Assembly: GCA_038046685.1 (NCBI GenBank) | Contig: JBBSVT010000074.1 | Location: 389-64,388 of the forward strand | Direction: 5' to 3' | From: Nanobdellota archaeon | GTDB taxonomy: Archaea > Nanobdellota > Nanobdellia > Woesearchaeales > GW2011-AR4 | DNA length: 64,000 bases | Notes under the pieces: model-generated | Databases searched by the model: none | Seen by the model: the letters and a program-made list of their open reading frames with translations, nothing else | Told to the model about the DNA's origin: nothing | Program-made: the position numbers and the translations under genes | Part shown: one piece after another, positions 48,401 through 58,161 of the stretch | Position numbering within the stretch: position 1 is the first letter of the stretch | How the letters are laid out: each line of letters begins with the position of its first letter

Positions 48401-48997
48401 ATGACTATCTTACTATTTGATGTTGGGAATGTAATTGTAAAAGCAGATCATGAGATAACTTATAGAAAGCTTCAGGATTATGGAGTTCCAGGAGATATTT
48501 CTCGATTATTCTTCAAAAATGCAGAATATTATGACTTTGGAAGAGGTAAAATAGACGGCATGGGGTTTTATAGAGCCGTAATTGAAAAGTATCTTGGAAT
48601 TCCGTTAGAATACCAACAGGTTAAAGATGCTCACGACAGTCATCTTCATGAAATTGACAGAGCTGTTGTCTCCATTTTGGAGAGAATACCTAAAAGTCAG
48701 TTGGCATTTGCTACAAACACAAATGACTGGCAAACAGAAAAGGAGAGAAGATTGATAGATTTAACATTGTATTCTGATAAAATTTTCAGATCAAATGAGA
48801 CTCATATGTTAAAAACCGATAATGCTTGTTTTCCACATATCGTAAGTCAATTGCATGTTGAAAGTGGGCAAATAATTTTGGTTGATGATAATCTGGAGAA
48901 TATATTGAAAGCTCGAGAACACGGTCTGAAAACTATACAATTTTCAAATGCTGGGCAATTGTTAAGAGAATTAGAAAGAAGAGGAATTATTTCTTGA
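48401..48997 (+). CDS. HAD-superfamily hydrolase
   Basis: FDVGNV motif I, TNT, K, VDDNLENI. Confidence 0.88.
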   Translation: MTILLFDVGNVIVKADHEITYRKLQDYGVPGDISRLFFKNAEYYDFGRGKIDGMGFYRAVIEKYLGIPLEYQQVKDAHDSHLHEIDRAVVSILERIPKSQLAFATNTNDWQTEKERRLIDLTLYSDKIFRSNETHMLKTDNACFPHIVSQLHVESGQIILVDDNLENILKAREHGLKTIQFSNAGQLLRELERRGIIS

Positions 48998-49029
48998 CTA
49001 TTGCATATGATTTTCTGTGTCTTTCCTGC

Positions 49030-49548
49030 TTATTTGCCCAATGCATTTATAATCTCCCTGCAGAATGCTGGCAAATCACTTGGCATTCTTGATGTTATAA
49101 TGTTATTGTCAACAACAACTTCTTTGTCAAAATATTTTGCGCCTGCATTTATCACATCATCTTTAATTGCGCTTACGCAAGTTAATTTTTTTCCTTTTAG
49201 TATTCCGGCACTTACAAGTACCCATGGACCATGGCATATCGCTGCAATCACCTTATTATTTTTGTGCATTTCCCTCACAAAATCCAGAACTTCCTTGTAC
49301 CTCCTTAATCTGTCAGGCGCATAGCCGCCAGGAATAACAACAGCATCAAAATCTTTTGCTTTATAATCCTTAATATTGCCATCAACTTCAATTGGATAGC
49401 CATTTTTGCCTTTGTAAGTTTCTTCTCCTGTTCCTGCGACAATTACTTTTGCGCCTTCCTCAGCCAACCTCAATTTTGGGTACCATAATTCCAAATCTTC
49501 ATAATATGATTCTGCAAAAATCATTATTTTTTTGTTGTTTATCATCAT
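49030..49548 (-). CDS. pfpI: PfpI/DJ-1 family protease/deglycase
   Basis: YEDLELWYP, IPGGYAPD, AICHGP, ITSR; ATG 49548. Confidence 0.93.
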   Translation of the reverse strand: MMINNKKIMIFAESYYEDLELWYPKLRLAEEGAKVIVAGTGEETYKGKNGYPIEVDGNIKDYKAKDFDAVVIPGGYAPDRLRRYKEVLDFVREMHKNNKVIAAICHGPWVLVSAGILKGKKLTCVSAIKDDVINAGAKYFDKEVVVDNNIITSRMPSDLPAFCREIINALGK

Positions 49549-49556
49549 TAATTTCC

Positions 49557-50492
49557 CTAATGTGTCCAATCCAATACAGCCCCTTTACCGCCTGTTAGCC
49601 ATCTGTAGCATTCAAGAGCAGCCTTTGCCCCCTCGCCTGCCGCAATTACGGTCTGCTTGAACGGAACAGGAGTTACATCGCCTGCAGCAAATATTCCAGG
49701 GCATGAAGTGTTGCACCTTTCGTCTACAACTATCTCCTTTTTCTCATTGACTTTCACAAGATGCTGGACAAATGATGTATCCACCACATACCCGATCTCA
49801 ATAAAAATACCATCAACATTCATTGTCTTTCTTTCTTTGGAGTTGATGTTCTCAACTTCAATTCCATCAACATTTTTGTCACCAATTACTTTTATTGGTA
49901 TTGAATTCAATACAAGCTCAATAACATTGGCGGTTTTCAGCTTTTGCATTGTAACTTCGTCAGCTCTAAAAGAGTCCCTCCTATGTATCAAATAAACTTT
50001 TTTTGCTATTGTCGCAAGCTCTAAAGCGCCTTCAACAGCTGAATTGCCTCCGCCTATTACCGCTACATTCCTGTTTTTGTATAAAGGCGCATCGCATGTT
50101 ACGCAAGTGCTAACCCCCCTTCCCATAAATTTTTCCTCTCCTTCAATGCCCATGCTCTTCGGGACTTTTCCATAGGCAAGAATCAATGCCTTGCTTTCGT
50201 AAGCCTCGCCGTTTACCAGGCCAATCCTAAAATGATTCTCAATTTTATCAACCTTGTTTGATTTTCCCATCACCAATTCTGCTCCAAAGCCGAGAGCCTC
50301 ATCTTGAAATTTTCGCATTAACTCTATGCCACTCATTGGCCCTGTCCCGGGATAATTCTCAATATGGCTTGTCAAATTTGTTTGCCCTCCTATGTCTATG
50401 CTCAATATCAAAGTCCTAAGTTTCTTTCTGCAGGTGTAAATTGCAGCAGTCAATCCTGCAGCGCCTGCTCCGACAATAATCACATCATACAT
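49557..50492 (-). CDS. trxB: Thioredoxin reductase
   Basis: GAGAAG, IENYPG, CVTCD, GGGNSA, HRR, FAAGDV. Confidence 0.95.
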   Translation of the reverse strand: MYDVIIVGAGAAGLTAAIYTCRKKLRTLILSIDIGGQTNLTSHIENYPGTGPMSGIELMRKFQDEALGFGAELVMGKSNKVDKIENHFRIGLVNGEAYESKALILAYGKVPKSMGIEGEEKFMGRGVSTCVTCDAPLYKNRNVAVIGGGNSAVEGALELATIAKKVYLIHRRDSFRADEVTMQKLKTANVIELVLNSIPIKVIGDKNVDGIEVENINSKERKTMNVDGIFIEIGYVVDTSFVQHLVKVNEKKEIVVDERCNTSCPGIFAAGDVTPVPFKQTVIAAGEGAKAALECYRWLTGGKGAVLDWTH

Positions 50493-50567
50493 GGATTTTA
50501 GGAATTTTGCTGGTTTTAAAAATGTTTTTGAATAAGTTTATAAATTAAAAGATTAAAGATAATAAAA

Positions 50568-51569
50568 ATGCAAAAAAAAGGGCAAGTGACTTTGTTTTTA
50601 ATCTTAGGATTATCTTTAATTGCAGTATTTGGTGCAGTCTATTATTTTGGAGGCTATAAAACTGCCACAACTGCAAAAACTCAAGCTCAAGCTGCAGGAA
50701 GCTCAGACGCCAAAGACATTGTTAAGTCATACGCAGAAAATTGCTTGAAAAAGGTAACAGAAGAGGTATTGTTTAATAAGATTGGAGTGCAGGGTGGGTA
50801 TATAAATCCAAGTGAGATTAGTCCTGCTCCAACATTTTTTGATGGGTATAATGTGCCTGTTTATTTGGAAGTCAGATGCAATATGCAATGTAGGGACAAA
50901 ACTATACCACAATGTGGTCCTTGTCCTCCGCCTTCTACTGAACAATGTTGTGAAGATGTTCGAGTATGTGATTATTGCTGGTGTGATTGCCCTTACACCA
51001 GAATTATTGATAGAAGTTTAACCCTAGGTTCAATTAACAACAAATTAAAGAGGTACGTTGAAGACGAGTTTGAGAACTGTTTTGATAGAAATGTCTTTAA
51101 AAATGTCGGTATAGAGGTTATACAGTCTGGAACAAGCATAACCGCTGATGTAAGTTTAGATGCAGAAGATGTTTCTGTAAATTTATATTATCCTTTAACA
51201 ATTAGAAAAGATGGAACTGAGTCAAAGTTGGATTCATTTGTAGTTACTCTGCCAATTAGGCTAGAAAAATTATATAAAGGTGCAAAAGATTTTGTAGATC
51301 AAGTAATACGTAAACTTCCAGATTCCTCGCCCAAACCTTGTTATCCCATATGCACAGTCCAATACGACATAAGACAAGATTGTCAGAGTGGTGTGATATA
51401 CAACAAAAACCGCCTAACAAACGTTTATGCAAAAACTGCTGACTCAAACACAAAAGTTATCCAATTCTTTGATTTCAGCACTTATTTAGAAAAATACTTC
51501 AAATCTTTCATTTTCCAATTTGCTGTTAGGCTTAATGGTGTGAATATCGAAGGTGCTTGTACTGGATGA
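50568..51569 (+). CDS. Type IV pilin-like protein with class III signal peptide and Cys-rich insert
   Basis: MQKKG/QVTLFLILGL; YAENCL, QGGY, YVEDEFENC, YPL conserved-looking blocks. Confidence 0.8.
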   Translation: MQKKGQVTLFLILGLSLIAVFGAVYYFGGYKTATTAKTQAQAAGSSDAKDIVKSYAENCLKKVTEEVLFNKIGVQGGYINPSEISPAPTFFDGYNVPVYLEVRCNMQCRDKTIPQCGPCPPPSTEQCCEDVRVCDYCWCDCPYTRIIDRSLTLGSINNKLKRYVEDEFENCFDRNVFKNVGIEVIQSGTSITADVSLDAEDVSVNLYYPLTIRKDGTESKLDSFVVTLPIRLEKLYKGAKDFVDQVIRKLPDSSPKPCYPICTVQYDIRQDCQSGVIYNKNRLTNVYAKTADSNTKVIQFFDFSTYLEKYFKSFIFQFAVRLNGVNIEGACTG

Positions 51570-51634
51570 AGAAATAGATTGAATTAACTCAATTTTTTTC
51601 AAATTCCTAATCATCTCTTCTTTTTTTAGTTTGA

Positions 51635-51677
51635 ATTTTCTTGGGTTTTTGTTAGTGGTGGGAATGGGTTTGGTTGT
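51635..51677 (+). repeat. Orphan copy of signal-peptide-coding sequence of the two downstream surface genes
   Basis: 51635-56 identical to 52475-96; 51646-77 matches 55162-93 with one mismatch. Confidence 0.8.
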
Positions 51678-51761
51678 TTAATCAAATCGAAAACGATAAT
51701 TATTTATATTTTGTAAGTTAAGGATTTCTGCGACATATAAAAACCATAAATTAATATAAAG

Positions 51762-52120
51762 ATGAAAGAAGAAGTAAAGAGATGGTGAGCAAAAGCAAAA
51801 GACGACTTAGATAAAGCTGTAATCTTATTCAATAATGGGAAAATGATGGTACTGCATTTTTTTGTCAACAATCTGTTGAGAAGGGGTTAAAAGCATTAGC
51901 TCTTAAAGAAAAGAGTTTTATAAACAAAATTCATGACCTTGTTGAATTAGGAAAAGATGTCAACTTGCCACAACATTTGATTGTTTACTGCAGTGAATTA
52001 ACTTTATCCTATATCTATTCAAGGTACCCTGACGTTGAGGATAAAGACATAAAATCTGTGTCAGATAATTTCTTAAAATATACCAAAGAAATACTAAAAT
52101 GGATAGAAAAGAAGCTATAG
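51762..52120 (+). pseudogene. HEPN-domain protein (nonsense plus frameshift)
   Basis: MKEEVKRW-TGA(51786-88)-AKAKDDL..., frameshift near 51840, then FCQQSVEKGLKA...KIHDLVELG...SRYPD...ILKWIEKKL; paralog of 57796-58161. Confidence 0.85.
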
Positions 52121-52416
52121 CTAAGCTGAAAAGTTTTAAAAAATTGGTAAGTAAGGATTTAACAATTAGTGATATGTATTTTTTTGGTTCCATAGCAACT
52201 GGTAAACCGCATAAATACAGTGATATAGATTTAGTCATAGTGAGTCCTAAATTTAGAGAGTTAAATTTTTTTAAAAGAGGCGCACTTATGTATAATTATT
52301 GGAATTTAAGATACCCAGTTGACTTCCTTTGCTACACTCCAGAAGAATTTAACAAATTGAAGAAACAAATAACAATTGTAAAGGAAGCTGTTGAGAATGG
52401 AATAGAAATTCGATAG
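52099..52416 (+). CDS. Minimal nucleotidyltransferase (MNT) antitoxin
   Basis: FFGSIATG...SDIDLVIVS...PVDFLCYTPEEF. Confidence 0.9.
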   Translation: MDRKEAIAKLKSFKKLVSKDLTISDMYFFGSIATGKPHKYSDIDLVIVSPKFRELNFFKRGALMYNYWNLRYPVDFLCYTPEEFNKLKKQITIVKEAVENGIEIR

Positions 52417-52452
52417 CTTTATATACAACTTCTTTCAGTTACAAAAGCGAGA

Positions 52453-55074
52453 ATGAAAAGAGGTAAATTAGCTTATTTTCTTGGGTTTTTGTTAGTAATG
52501 GGTATGTCTTTGGTGGTGAGTGGGGTTGGGTATGCTCAACCAGCCTGTGAGCAAGTGGCTGGACAAATCCGAGATTCTGACTCCGATGGTGCGTGTGATC
52601 GCACTACTGATGGGGGCACACCTGATAAATGTATTGCGGCTGCTGGTTCTCCTGATTTTGGAAGCCATAATGTTGATTCAAACGGATGCACGTGCAGACA
52701 AAAAGTTTCATCAGCTTGCTCGTCAACATATTCAGGGGCTGCATGTTGCTCTGCCAATCAATGCTGTGGTAGATTCGGTGCAGCTAGTTATTCATGTTTG
52801 GATGATTGTGTGGGTAATGTTGCTTCAACAGGCGCCGGTGCTCCAAGTGGCACTGGTTCTTCTACTGGCACAACTGCAACTGGCTGCAGCCCAGGCTCTG
52901 GTCCAACATCACAAGATCCAGTTTTAAGAATAAATGCAAATAGATACACACCGGTCGACAGAGGGCGTTTAATAGCCGAACAGGACATAGCAATAGGTGG
53001 TGGTCCGTCTGGAACTCCAATATACAGCAATAATGCTAATAGCCCTGTTGAGTTGCCAGCTGGAACAAATCCTGTTTTGATTGTTAGAAGATTAAGGATT
53101 GCGCCTGAAAATGGAGCTGCACAGCCAATAAGGATTTATCTCAGCAAGAAACCGTGTCAGGCAGGTGGATATTGGTATGATGTTATATGGGGAACTGTTA
53201 TAGGTAATATAAGGTTTGGTGAAGAAGATTTTAGATTTAATCTTGGCTCATCATTAGAACAAGGAGTTATACATTCTGTTTATGTTGTGATTGGCAACGA
53301 AGGCAGCAATGACTTGTCATCATCAACAGAGCTTTTCTTTAGAGTTGGACCTGCGAATACCGTAATTGTAAGTCCGCCCTCAGGCTCTTCTCCAACCCCG
53401 ACAACTTGCACTCCAAGAATAGAAGCTTTTGATTATAATTTTGTAGTTGGCAAAGTAGGAAGACTTAAGGTAATATCCAATAAACGAGGAAAGATAATAA
53501 TCTTAGCAAAAGGAGTGTCATCCCCTTCTAATGATTATAGAATAATGAAAGAATGCGGTTCAATTAACGATCCAAAGACTGAATGTGAATATAAATTTTT
53601 AGAGGATTCTAGTCATCAAGATGGACAAGTAATAACATCTATGTGGAGTGGATCTTTAATTAATTATTACGCTGAGTTGCAAACACCTTCTGGTGAATGT
53701 GTTCAATCCACACCAGAACGAGCATGCAGATGGCCAGATGTCAATGCTAAGATTATGCAGATAAAACAAGCAGGTGCGTTAGGTTACTGCACTGATGAAA
53801 CTCATATTTATAATGGAGGAGCTGATCCTTTAGGAAGTCTTTGTACCTCAAGTCCACCTAACACATGTAATCCTGGTTATTGTGGCAGAGATAGTGGTAA
53901 TCCAGTATGTATTTACCCAACAAATTGTGTAAGCAATCCTGATAATTCAATGAAAGCATTAAGGACATTTTTGCCATTGTGTGATAGTGTGACGGGAACG
54001 GCTGGACCTAGTGCTCCTGGTGGAACTGGTGCATGGGATTTGTGCGCAACTCTCACAGGAGGTATTCCAACAGCCATGCAGCCATTGCAAGGACCGTATA
54101 CACCAGCCTCAAGTTTGAATATGCCATTGCGTCCATATCTGAGAATTAATGGGCTTCCTGGCAGTGGTGATGCTAATAGCGAAAGCAGTCCTATAGTTAT
54201 CACAAAAGGCGAGCAAGTTACTGTAACTGTTGCAAGCTATAATGGCAATTTACCTGTTAATCTACCAATTAGAATATATATAGAGCAGAAGTCACAGGAT
54301 GGGAGTTGGAGTGTAATAAGTCCAGGTAGTTTAGGATACACTCAACCAGGATGCTGGTATTCCAATACTATTCCAGGTTCTGCTACGGCTGGTTGGCCCG
54401 CTGGCACATATAGAACATATTTGGTTGTTGGCGAAGATGTAAATCAACGCTCTTCTTCATCTTATGTGTATTTTAAGATTCAAACTCCTCCAGGAACTTC
54501 GGCATGTACACCTGTTCTTGGAGGCAACCAATATGCTGTGGATTTAAGCAGGTCAAAATATACAGGATGCAATGTCCAAGCAATTCAAGATTTATCTAAC
54601 ACTATTACATGCGATCAATTAGCACCGACATGGTCTCATAATAATCCAACTGGTACCATGACGTTTTGGTGGCCAATAATTCCAGGCGCTACCTCATATA
54701 ACATAAGGCTTGAGGAATTTGACGCCACAACAAATACAGCTACAGGAGCAAGAATAAGGGATTCTGGAACTGCTCCTCCAATTGCAAGTAACTGTGGTGG
54801 TGATCCTCATTATTATTGTGTTAATGGTATTACTGCTGCTACACCAGGAATAATAGTAATTGGTGGACAGCTAAGCATTGATAATATTAGACTTGACAGA
54901 AATAAAAAATATGCTTTTTGGGTTGACCCTGTAAGTGTCCCAGGATGCGGCACTAATTATGTTCAGGGAAGTGTGACTTTTAGAACTACAAACCTTGTCG
55001 TTCCTCGACCTATTAATCCAAGCACTGCCACATCAACATGCCCAGCTGCAAGCATTTCAGCTGAATTAACATAA
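52453..55074 (+). CDS. Large secreted Cys-rich adhesin-like protein (DxDxDG motif, Ig-like repeats, FN3-like module)
   Basis: Signal peptide, DSDSDGACD, two P.LRIN...PIRIY...Y.V.G repeats, C-terminal W...GATSYNIRL module. Confidence 0.8.
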   Translation: MKRGKLAYFLGFLLVMGMSLVVSGVGYAQPACEQVAGQIRDSDSDGACDRTTDGGTPDKCIAAAGSPDFGSHNVDSNGCTCRQKVSSACSSTYSGAACCSANQCCGRFGAASYSCLDDCVGNVASTGAGAPSGTGSSTGTTATGCSPGSGPTSQDPVLRINANRYTPVDRGRLIAEQDIAIGGGPSGTPIYSNNANSPVELPAGTNPVLIVRRLRIAPENGAAQPIRIYLSKKPCQAGGYWYDVIWGTVIGNIRFGEEDFRFNLGSSLEQGVIHSVYVVIGNEGSNDLSSSTELFFRVGPANTVIVSPPSGSSPTPTTCTPRIEAFDYNFVVGKVGRLKVISNKRGKIIILAKGVSSPSNDYRIMKECGSINDPKTECEYKFLEDSSHQDGQVITSMWSGSLINYYAELQTPSGECVQSTPERACRWPDVNAKIMQIKQAGALGYCTDETHIYNGGADPLGSLCTSSPPNTCNPGYCGRDSGNPVCIYPTNCVSNPDNSMKALRTFLPLCDSVTGTAGPSAPGGTGAWDLCATLTGGIPTAMQPLQGPYTPASSLNMPLRPYLRINGLPGSGDANSESSPIVITKGEQVTVTVASYNGNLPVNLPIRIYIEQKSQDGSWSVISPGSLGYTQPGCWYSNTIPGSATAGWPAGTYRTYLVVGEDVNQRSSSSYVYFKIQTPPGTSACTPVLGGNQYAVDLSRSKYTGCNVQAIQDLSNTITCDQLAPTWSHNNPTGTMTFWWPIIPGATSYNIRLEEFDATTNTATGARIRDSGTAPPIASNCGGDPHYYCVNGITAATPGIIVIGGQLSIDNIRLDRNKKYAFWVDPVSVPGCGTNYVQGSVTFRTTNLVVPRPINPSTATSTCPAASISAELT

Positions 55075-55116
55075 ATCATAAAACACATTATTAAATTACA
55101 ACTAAAAAACATTAAA

Positions 55117-56547
55117 ATGTTACAAGAACAAATGAAAAAAGGTGTTAAGTTTTTTCCTGTATTTTTGTTAGTGATGGGAATGGGTTTGGTTGTCTTGGAT
55201 GTTTATGCAACAGATCCGGAACCTACACCAATTCCACAAGTTGTTAGTTGCAGTCAATTTCAGTCAGCTAATTCTTTTTATGCTAGTTGGACGTGCACTC
55301 TATCCTTTTCTACCAATTGTGATGGTGGTGTGATTAATAATGATATTCATTACTGGCGGCGGGATAATGGTGAGGGTGGTTGCTTGATTCTTACAAGACC
55401 AGGCGGTCCAGCACCCCCTCCTGTTTCTTCACAGCGACTAATGCGAATTAGCTGGACAGCAATACAAAATGCGATCTCTTATAATCTGCGAGTGGAAGAT
55501 ATGACCGATAATACATATAATACAGTACGTACAAATCGTCAGGAAGATTTCCCCGCTTCTGATACTTGCGATCCAAGTCCCCATTATGTTTGTGAAAACA
55601 ATGTAAATACATTGTTCTTGGCTGGTATTCGGGTTGTCCCAGGACATACTTATAGGTATTGGTTTGATACAAATCCTGCAATTGCTGGATGTGCTCCGAC
55701 TGGAATAATTAGTGTGCCATCAAGTCCTGCTTCAGGTGCTCCAAGTGGTGGCGCTCCAACCCAACCGACAGGCGCTGCGCCTTGCCCAATAACTATATCT
55801 CCACCACAGGTTTCTGGCGGTGCTTTTGATGGAGGCCGTACCTTTGTTACTATATCTTGGAACAATGTTAATAACGCCAACAGCTACAAGTTATACGCAA
55901 CACCATCTGGTTCTGAGGATCAACCAGCAGACCAACCACAAGGTTTCTCTGCATGCACCGACATACCGGGATTTGTTATTTGCAAGTCCGTAAATACCAA
56001 TTCAATACCTTATTTCCCAATTTTCCCTGGAAGACCTTACAAATTCATGGTACAAGCTTCAGTTCCCAATTGCGGTGCAGTAAATTCCCCAGAAACAGAC
56101 TATCGTTATGGTCAAGGAGTTACTTTTACTGCCAACCCTACTAGTCCGGAACAACGTTGTGGTAGAGTTGGCGTTTTTGACCCTCAACTAATAGGTACAA
56201 TTAGTGGAAGTGGCGATTCCTCCGCAGAATTGAGATGGCAATATTTTCCTCCTGCTGGCGTAAGCCCTGTTCCTACTCCAACATCATATAATGTAAGATT
56301 AGATGATAGATCAGGCGAAAGGTCTGGTCTTAATAATTGCCCAGATAATCCTCCTTACTACTTATGCGTAAATGGTGTGAGAGTCAATGCATTGCGAGAT
56401 GTGCTCATTAGAGCTGGAAGAAATTATCTTCTCTGGGTTGAGCCTGTTATTCCTGGATGCACAGACCAACCTGGTGGCTACATAAAAGGAGAAAGAACAA
56501 TATATCTGCCTGTACCTCCACCGTCGGAAGGGGGGGGTAATCGATAA
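55117..56547 (+). CDS. Secreted protein with three FN3-like Cys-containing repeats
   Basis: Signal peptide like 52453 gene; repeats W...SY.L...C.....Y.C...Y...V.P..PGC. Confidence 0.8.
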   Translation: MLQEQMKKGVKFFPVFLLVMGMGLVVLDVYATDPEPTPIPQVVSCSQFQSANSFYASWTCTLSFSTNCDGGVINNDIHYWRRDNGEGGCLILTRPGGPAPPPVSSQRLMRISWTAIQNAISYNLRVEDMTDNTYNTVRTNRQEDFPASDTCDPSPHYVCENNVNTLFLAGIRVVPGHTYRYWFDTNPAIAGCAPTGIISVPSSPASGAPSGGAPTQPTGAAPCPITISPPQVSGGAFDGGRTFVTISWNNVNNANSYKLYATPSGSEDQPADQPQGFSACTDIPGFVICKSVNTNSIPYFPIFPGRPYKFMVQASVPNCGAVNSPETDYRYGQGVTFTANPTSPEQRCGRVGVFDPQLIGTISGSGDSSAELRWQYFPPAGVSPVPTPTSYNVRLDDRSGERSGLNNCPDNPPYYLCVNGVRVNALRDVLIRAGRNYLLWVEPVIPGCTDQPGGYIKGERTIYLPVPPPSEGGGNR

Positions 56548-56750
56548 AATAACAAACCAAATCCCCATCAAAAAAACTTTAAAATCAAAAACTTTAACAA
56601 TTTATTAAAAAAATCAATGTCAAAATAAAATATTCAAATAACAGAAAAATAAACACAAAAAATCAATGTCAAAATAAATTAATGTGGCAAAAATATTTAC
56701 AGGAAAATCAAAACATTTAAATATTTAACATTGTTTAACTATGTTTAACA

Positions 56751-57254
56751 ATGAAGATTGCCATAGACTCGTGCAGCGTTATATTGCTGGCTAAAGCGAC
56801 TGTTTTAGAGGCAGTGGCTAGCAACTATGACTTGTTAATATCAGATAATGTTTATAAAGAAATTTTGCAGGGTAAAGATAAGAAATTCATTGATGCTTTA
56901 GTGACAGAAAAACTTGTAAAAGACGGCAAGTTAAAAATAAGTAAAGTTAAGGAAGCTAAAATAATCAAAAAATTAATTAGAGATTTTAGCTTAGGAATTG
57001 GAGAAGCAGAGACCTTAGCATTTGTGTTAGGTAGCCAGTGTGAAGCCATAAGTACTGATAACAAACAAGGCAGAAAAGTGGCAAAGATATATAACTTAAA
57101 TTTGATAGGAAGTATCGATTTAATAATCAGCCTATTTAAGTTGAAGATTATAGATAATTACAAAGCGATTAGCGCTTTGAAGATGTTAAAAGAATTTGGA
57201 TGGTTTCAGGATTATTTAATTGACAGTGCTTTAGAGGAAGTTAAAAATGTATAA
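56751..57254 (+). CDS. PIN-domain protein (DUF3368-like toxin)
   Basis: IDSCSVILLAK, VYKEI, LGIGEAETL, TDNKQGRKVA, GSIDL. Confidence 0.85.
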   Translation: MKIAIDSCSVILLAKATVLEAVASNYDLLISDNVYKEILQGKDKKFIDALVTEKLVKDGKLKISKVKEAKIIKKLIRDFSLGIGEAETLAFVLGSQCEAISTDNKQGRKVAKIYNLNLIGSIDLIISLFKLKIIDNYKAISALKMLKEFGWFQDYLIDSALEEVKNV

Positions 57255-57567
57255 GACAAAATTTTTGGGTTTGAGGATGGAAAAGGAAATTTATGATATT
57301 ATAGATAAAGTTACTCACGAAGAAAAGTTAGATAAAACATCAGCCATAAAAATATTAATTCAGGAAGGATGGAAAGAATTGAGATTAAAAAAAGCTTTGA
57401 ACGAGTATCAAAATGGATTGGTGTCTGTAGATAGAGCATCAAAAATAGCAGGGCTAACAATAAGCGAGATGATGAAAGAAATTGCTTCGCATGGCATAAA
57501 ATCAGATGAGACTTTAGAGGAATATAGAAAAGGCATAAAAATATTACAAAAATTGGAGGCAAGATAA
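57247..57567 (+). CDS. UPF0175-family antitoxin (RHH + HTH)
   Basis: ALNEYQNGLVSVDRASKIAGLTISEM. Confidence 0.85.
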   Translation: MYKTKFLGLRMEKEIYDIIDKVTHEEKLDKTSAIKILIQEGWKELRLKKALNEYQNGLVSVDRASKIAGLTISEMMKEIASHGIKSDETLEEYRKGIKILQKLEAR

Positions 57568-57795
57568 GTGTAAGGTGCTATGAAGAATCAGTTGTGATTT
57601 TGTGATGGGAACTAACAAAAGCACAAATTAAAAAAATTCAACAATTTTTTAAAAAATCAATATCAAAATAAAATTATGTGTTAAAACAGAAAAATAAATC
57701 AAAAAATCAATGGAAAAATTTTTAATCGCAAAGATTGAAAATTTTTATAGTTAATTATTTAAATCAAAATGTATCAAGAATTATTGGTAATAACA

Positions 57796-58161
57796 ATGAA
57801 AGAGGAAATTAAGAGATGGATGGAATTTGCAAAAGATGATTTGAAGAAGGCGCATGATAATTTTAATATTGAAAATTATAATCTAAGTTCTTTTTTATGC
57901 CAGCAAGCAGTTGAAAAGGCTTTAAAAGCCATGTTAATTAAAAAAATGAATAAGTATCCAAAAATACATGATTTAGTAATGTTGGGAAATTTGGCTGGTT
58001 TGGATAAAAACTTATTAAAATATTGCGAAAAATTGACTTTTGTGTACACTGAAACAAGGTACCCAGATACAAGTTATCGAAAATACTCAAAAGAAGAGTC
58101 AGAAGAGGATATTAAAAATACTGAAGAAATCTTGAAATGGATAGGAAAAAAACTATTATAA
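57796..58161 (+). CDS. HEPN-domain protein
   Basis: W...AKDDL, FLCQQAVEKALKA, KIHDLV, TRYPD; overlaps MNT gene. Confidence 0.9.
   Translation: MKEEIKRWMEFAKDDLKKAHDNFNIENYNLSSFLCQQAVEKALKAMLIKKMNKYPKIHDLVMLGNLAGLDKNLLKYCEKLTFVYTETRYPDTSYRKYSKEESEEDIKNTEEILKWIGKKLL

Larger units (their letters stand above)
56596..57712 (+). repeat. AT-rich ~70-bp imperfect direct repeats flanking the PIN/UPF0175 TA module
   Basis: AACAATTT..AAAAAATCAAT(G/A)TCAAAATAAAA..AACAGAAAAATAAA..CAAAAAATCAATG at about 56596-56668 and 57640-57712. Confidence 0.7.

Noticed and set aside
56590-56690. Possible CRISPR array from repeated AAAAAATCAATGTCAAAATAAA
   Set aside because: Only two adjacent copies, low complexity, spacer itself repeated downstream, no cas genes
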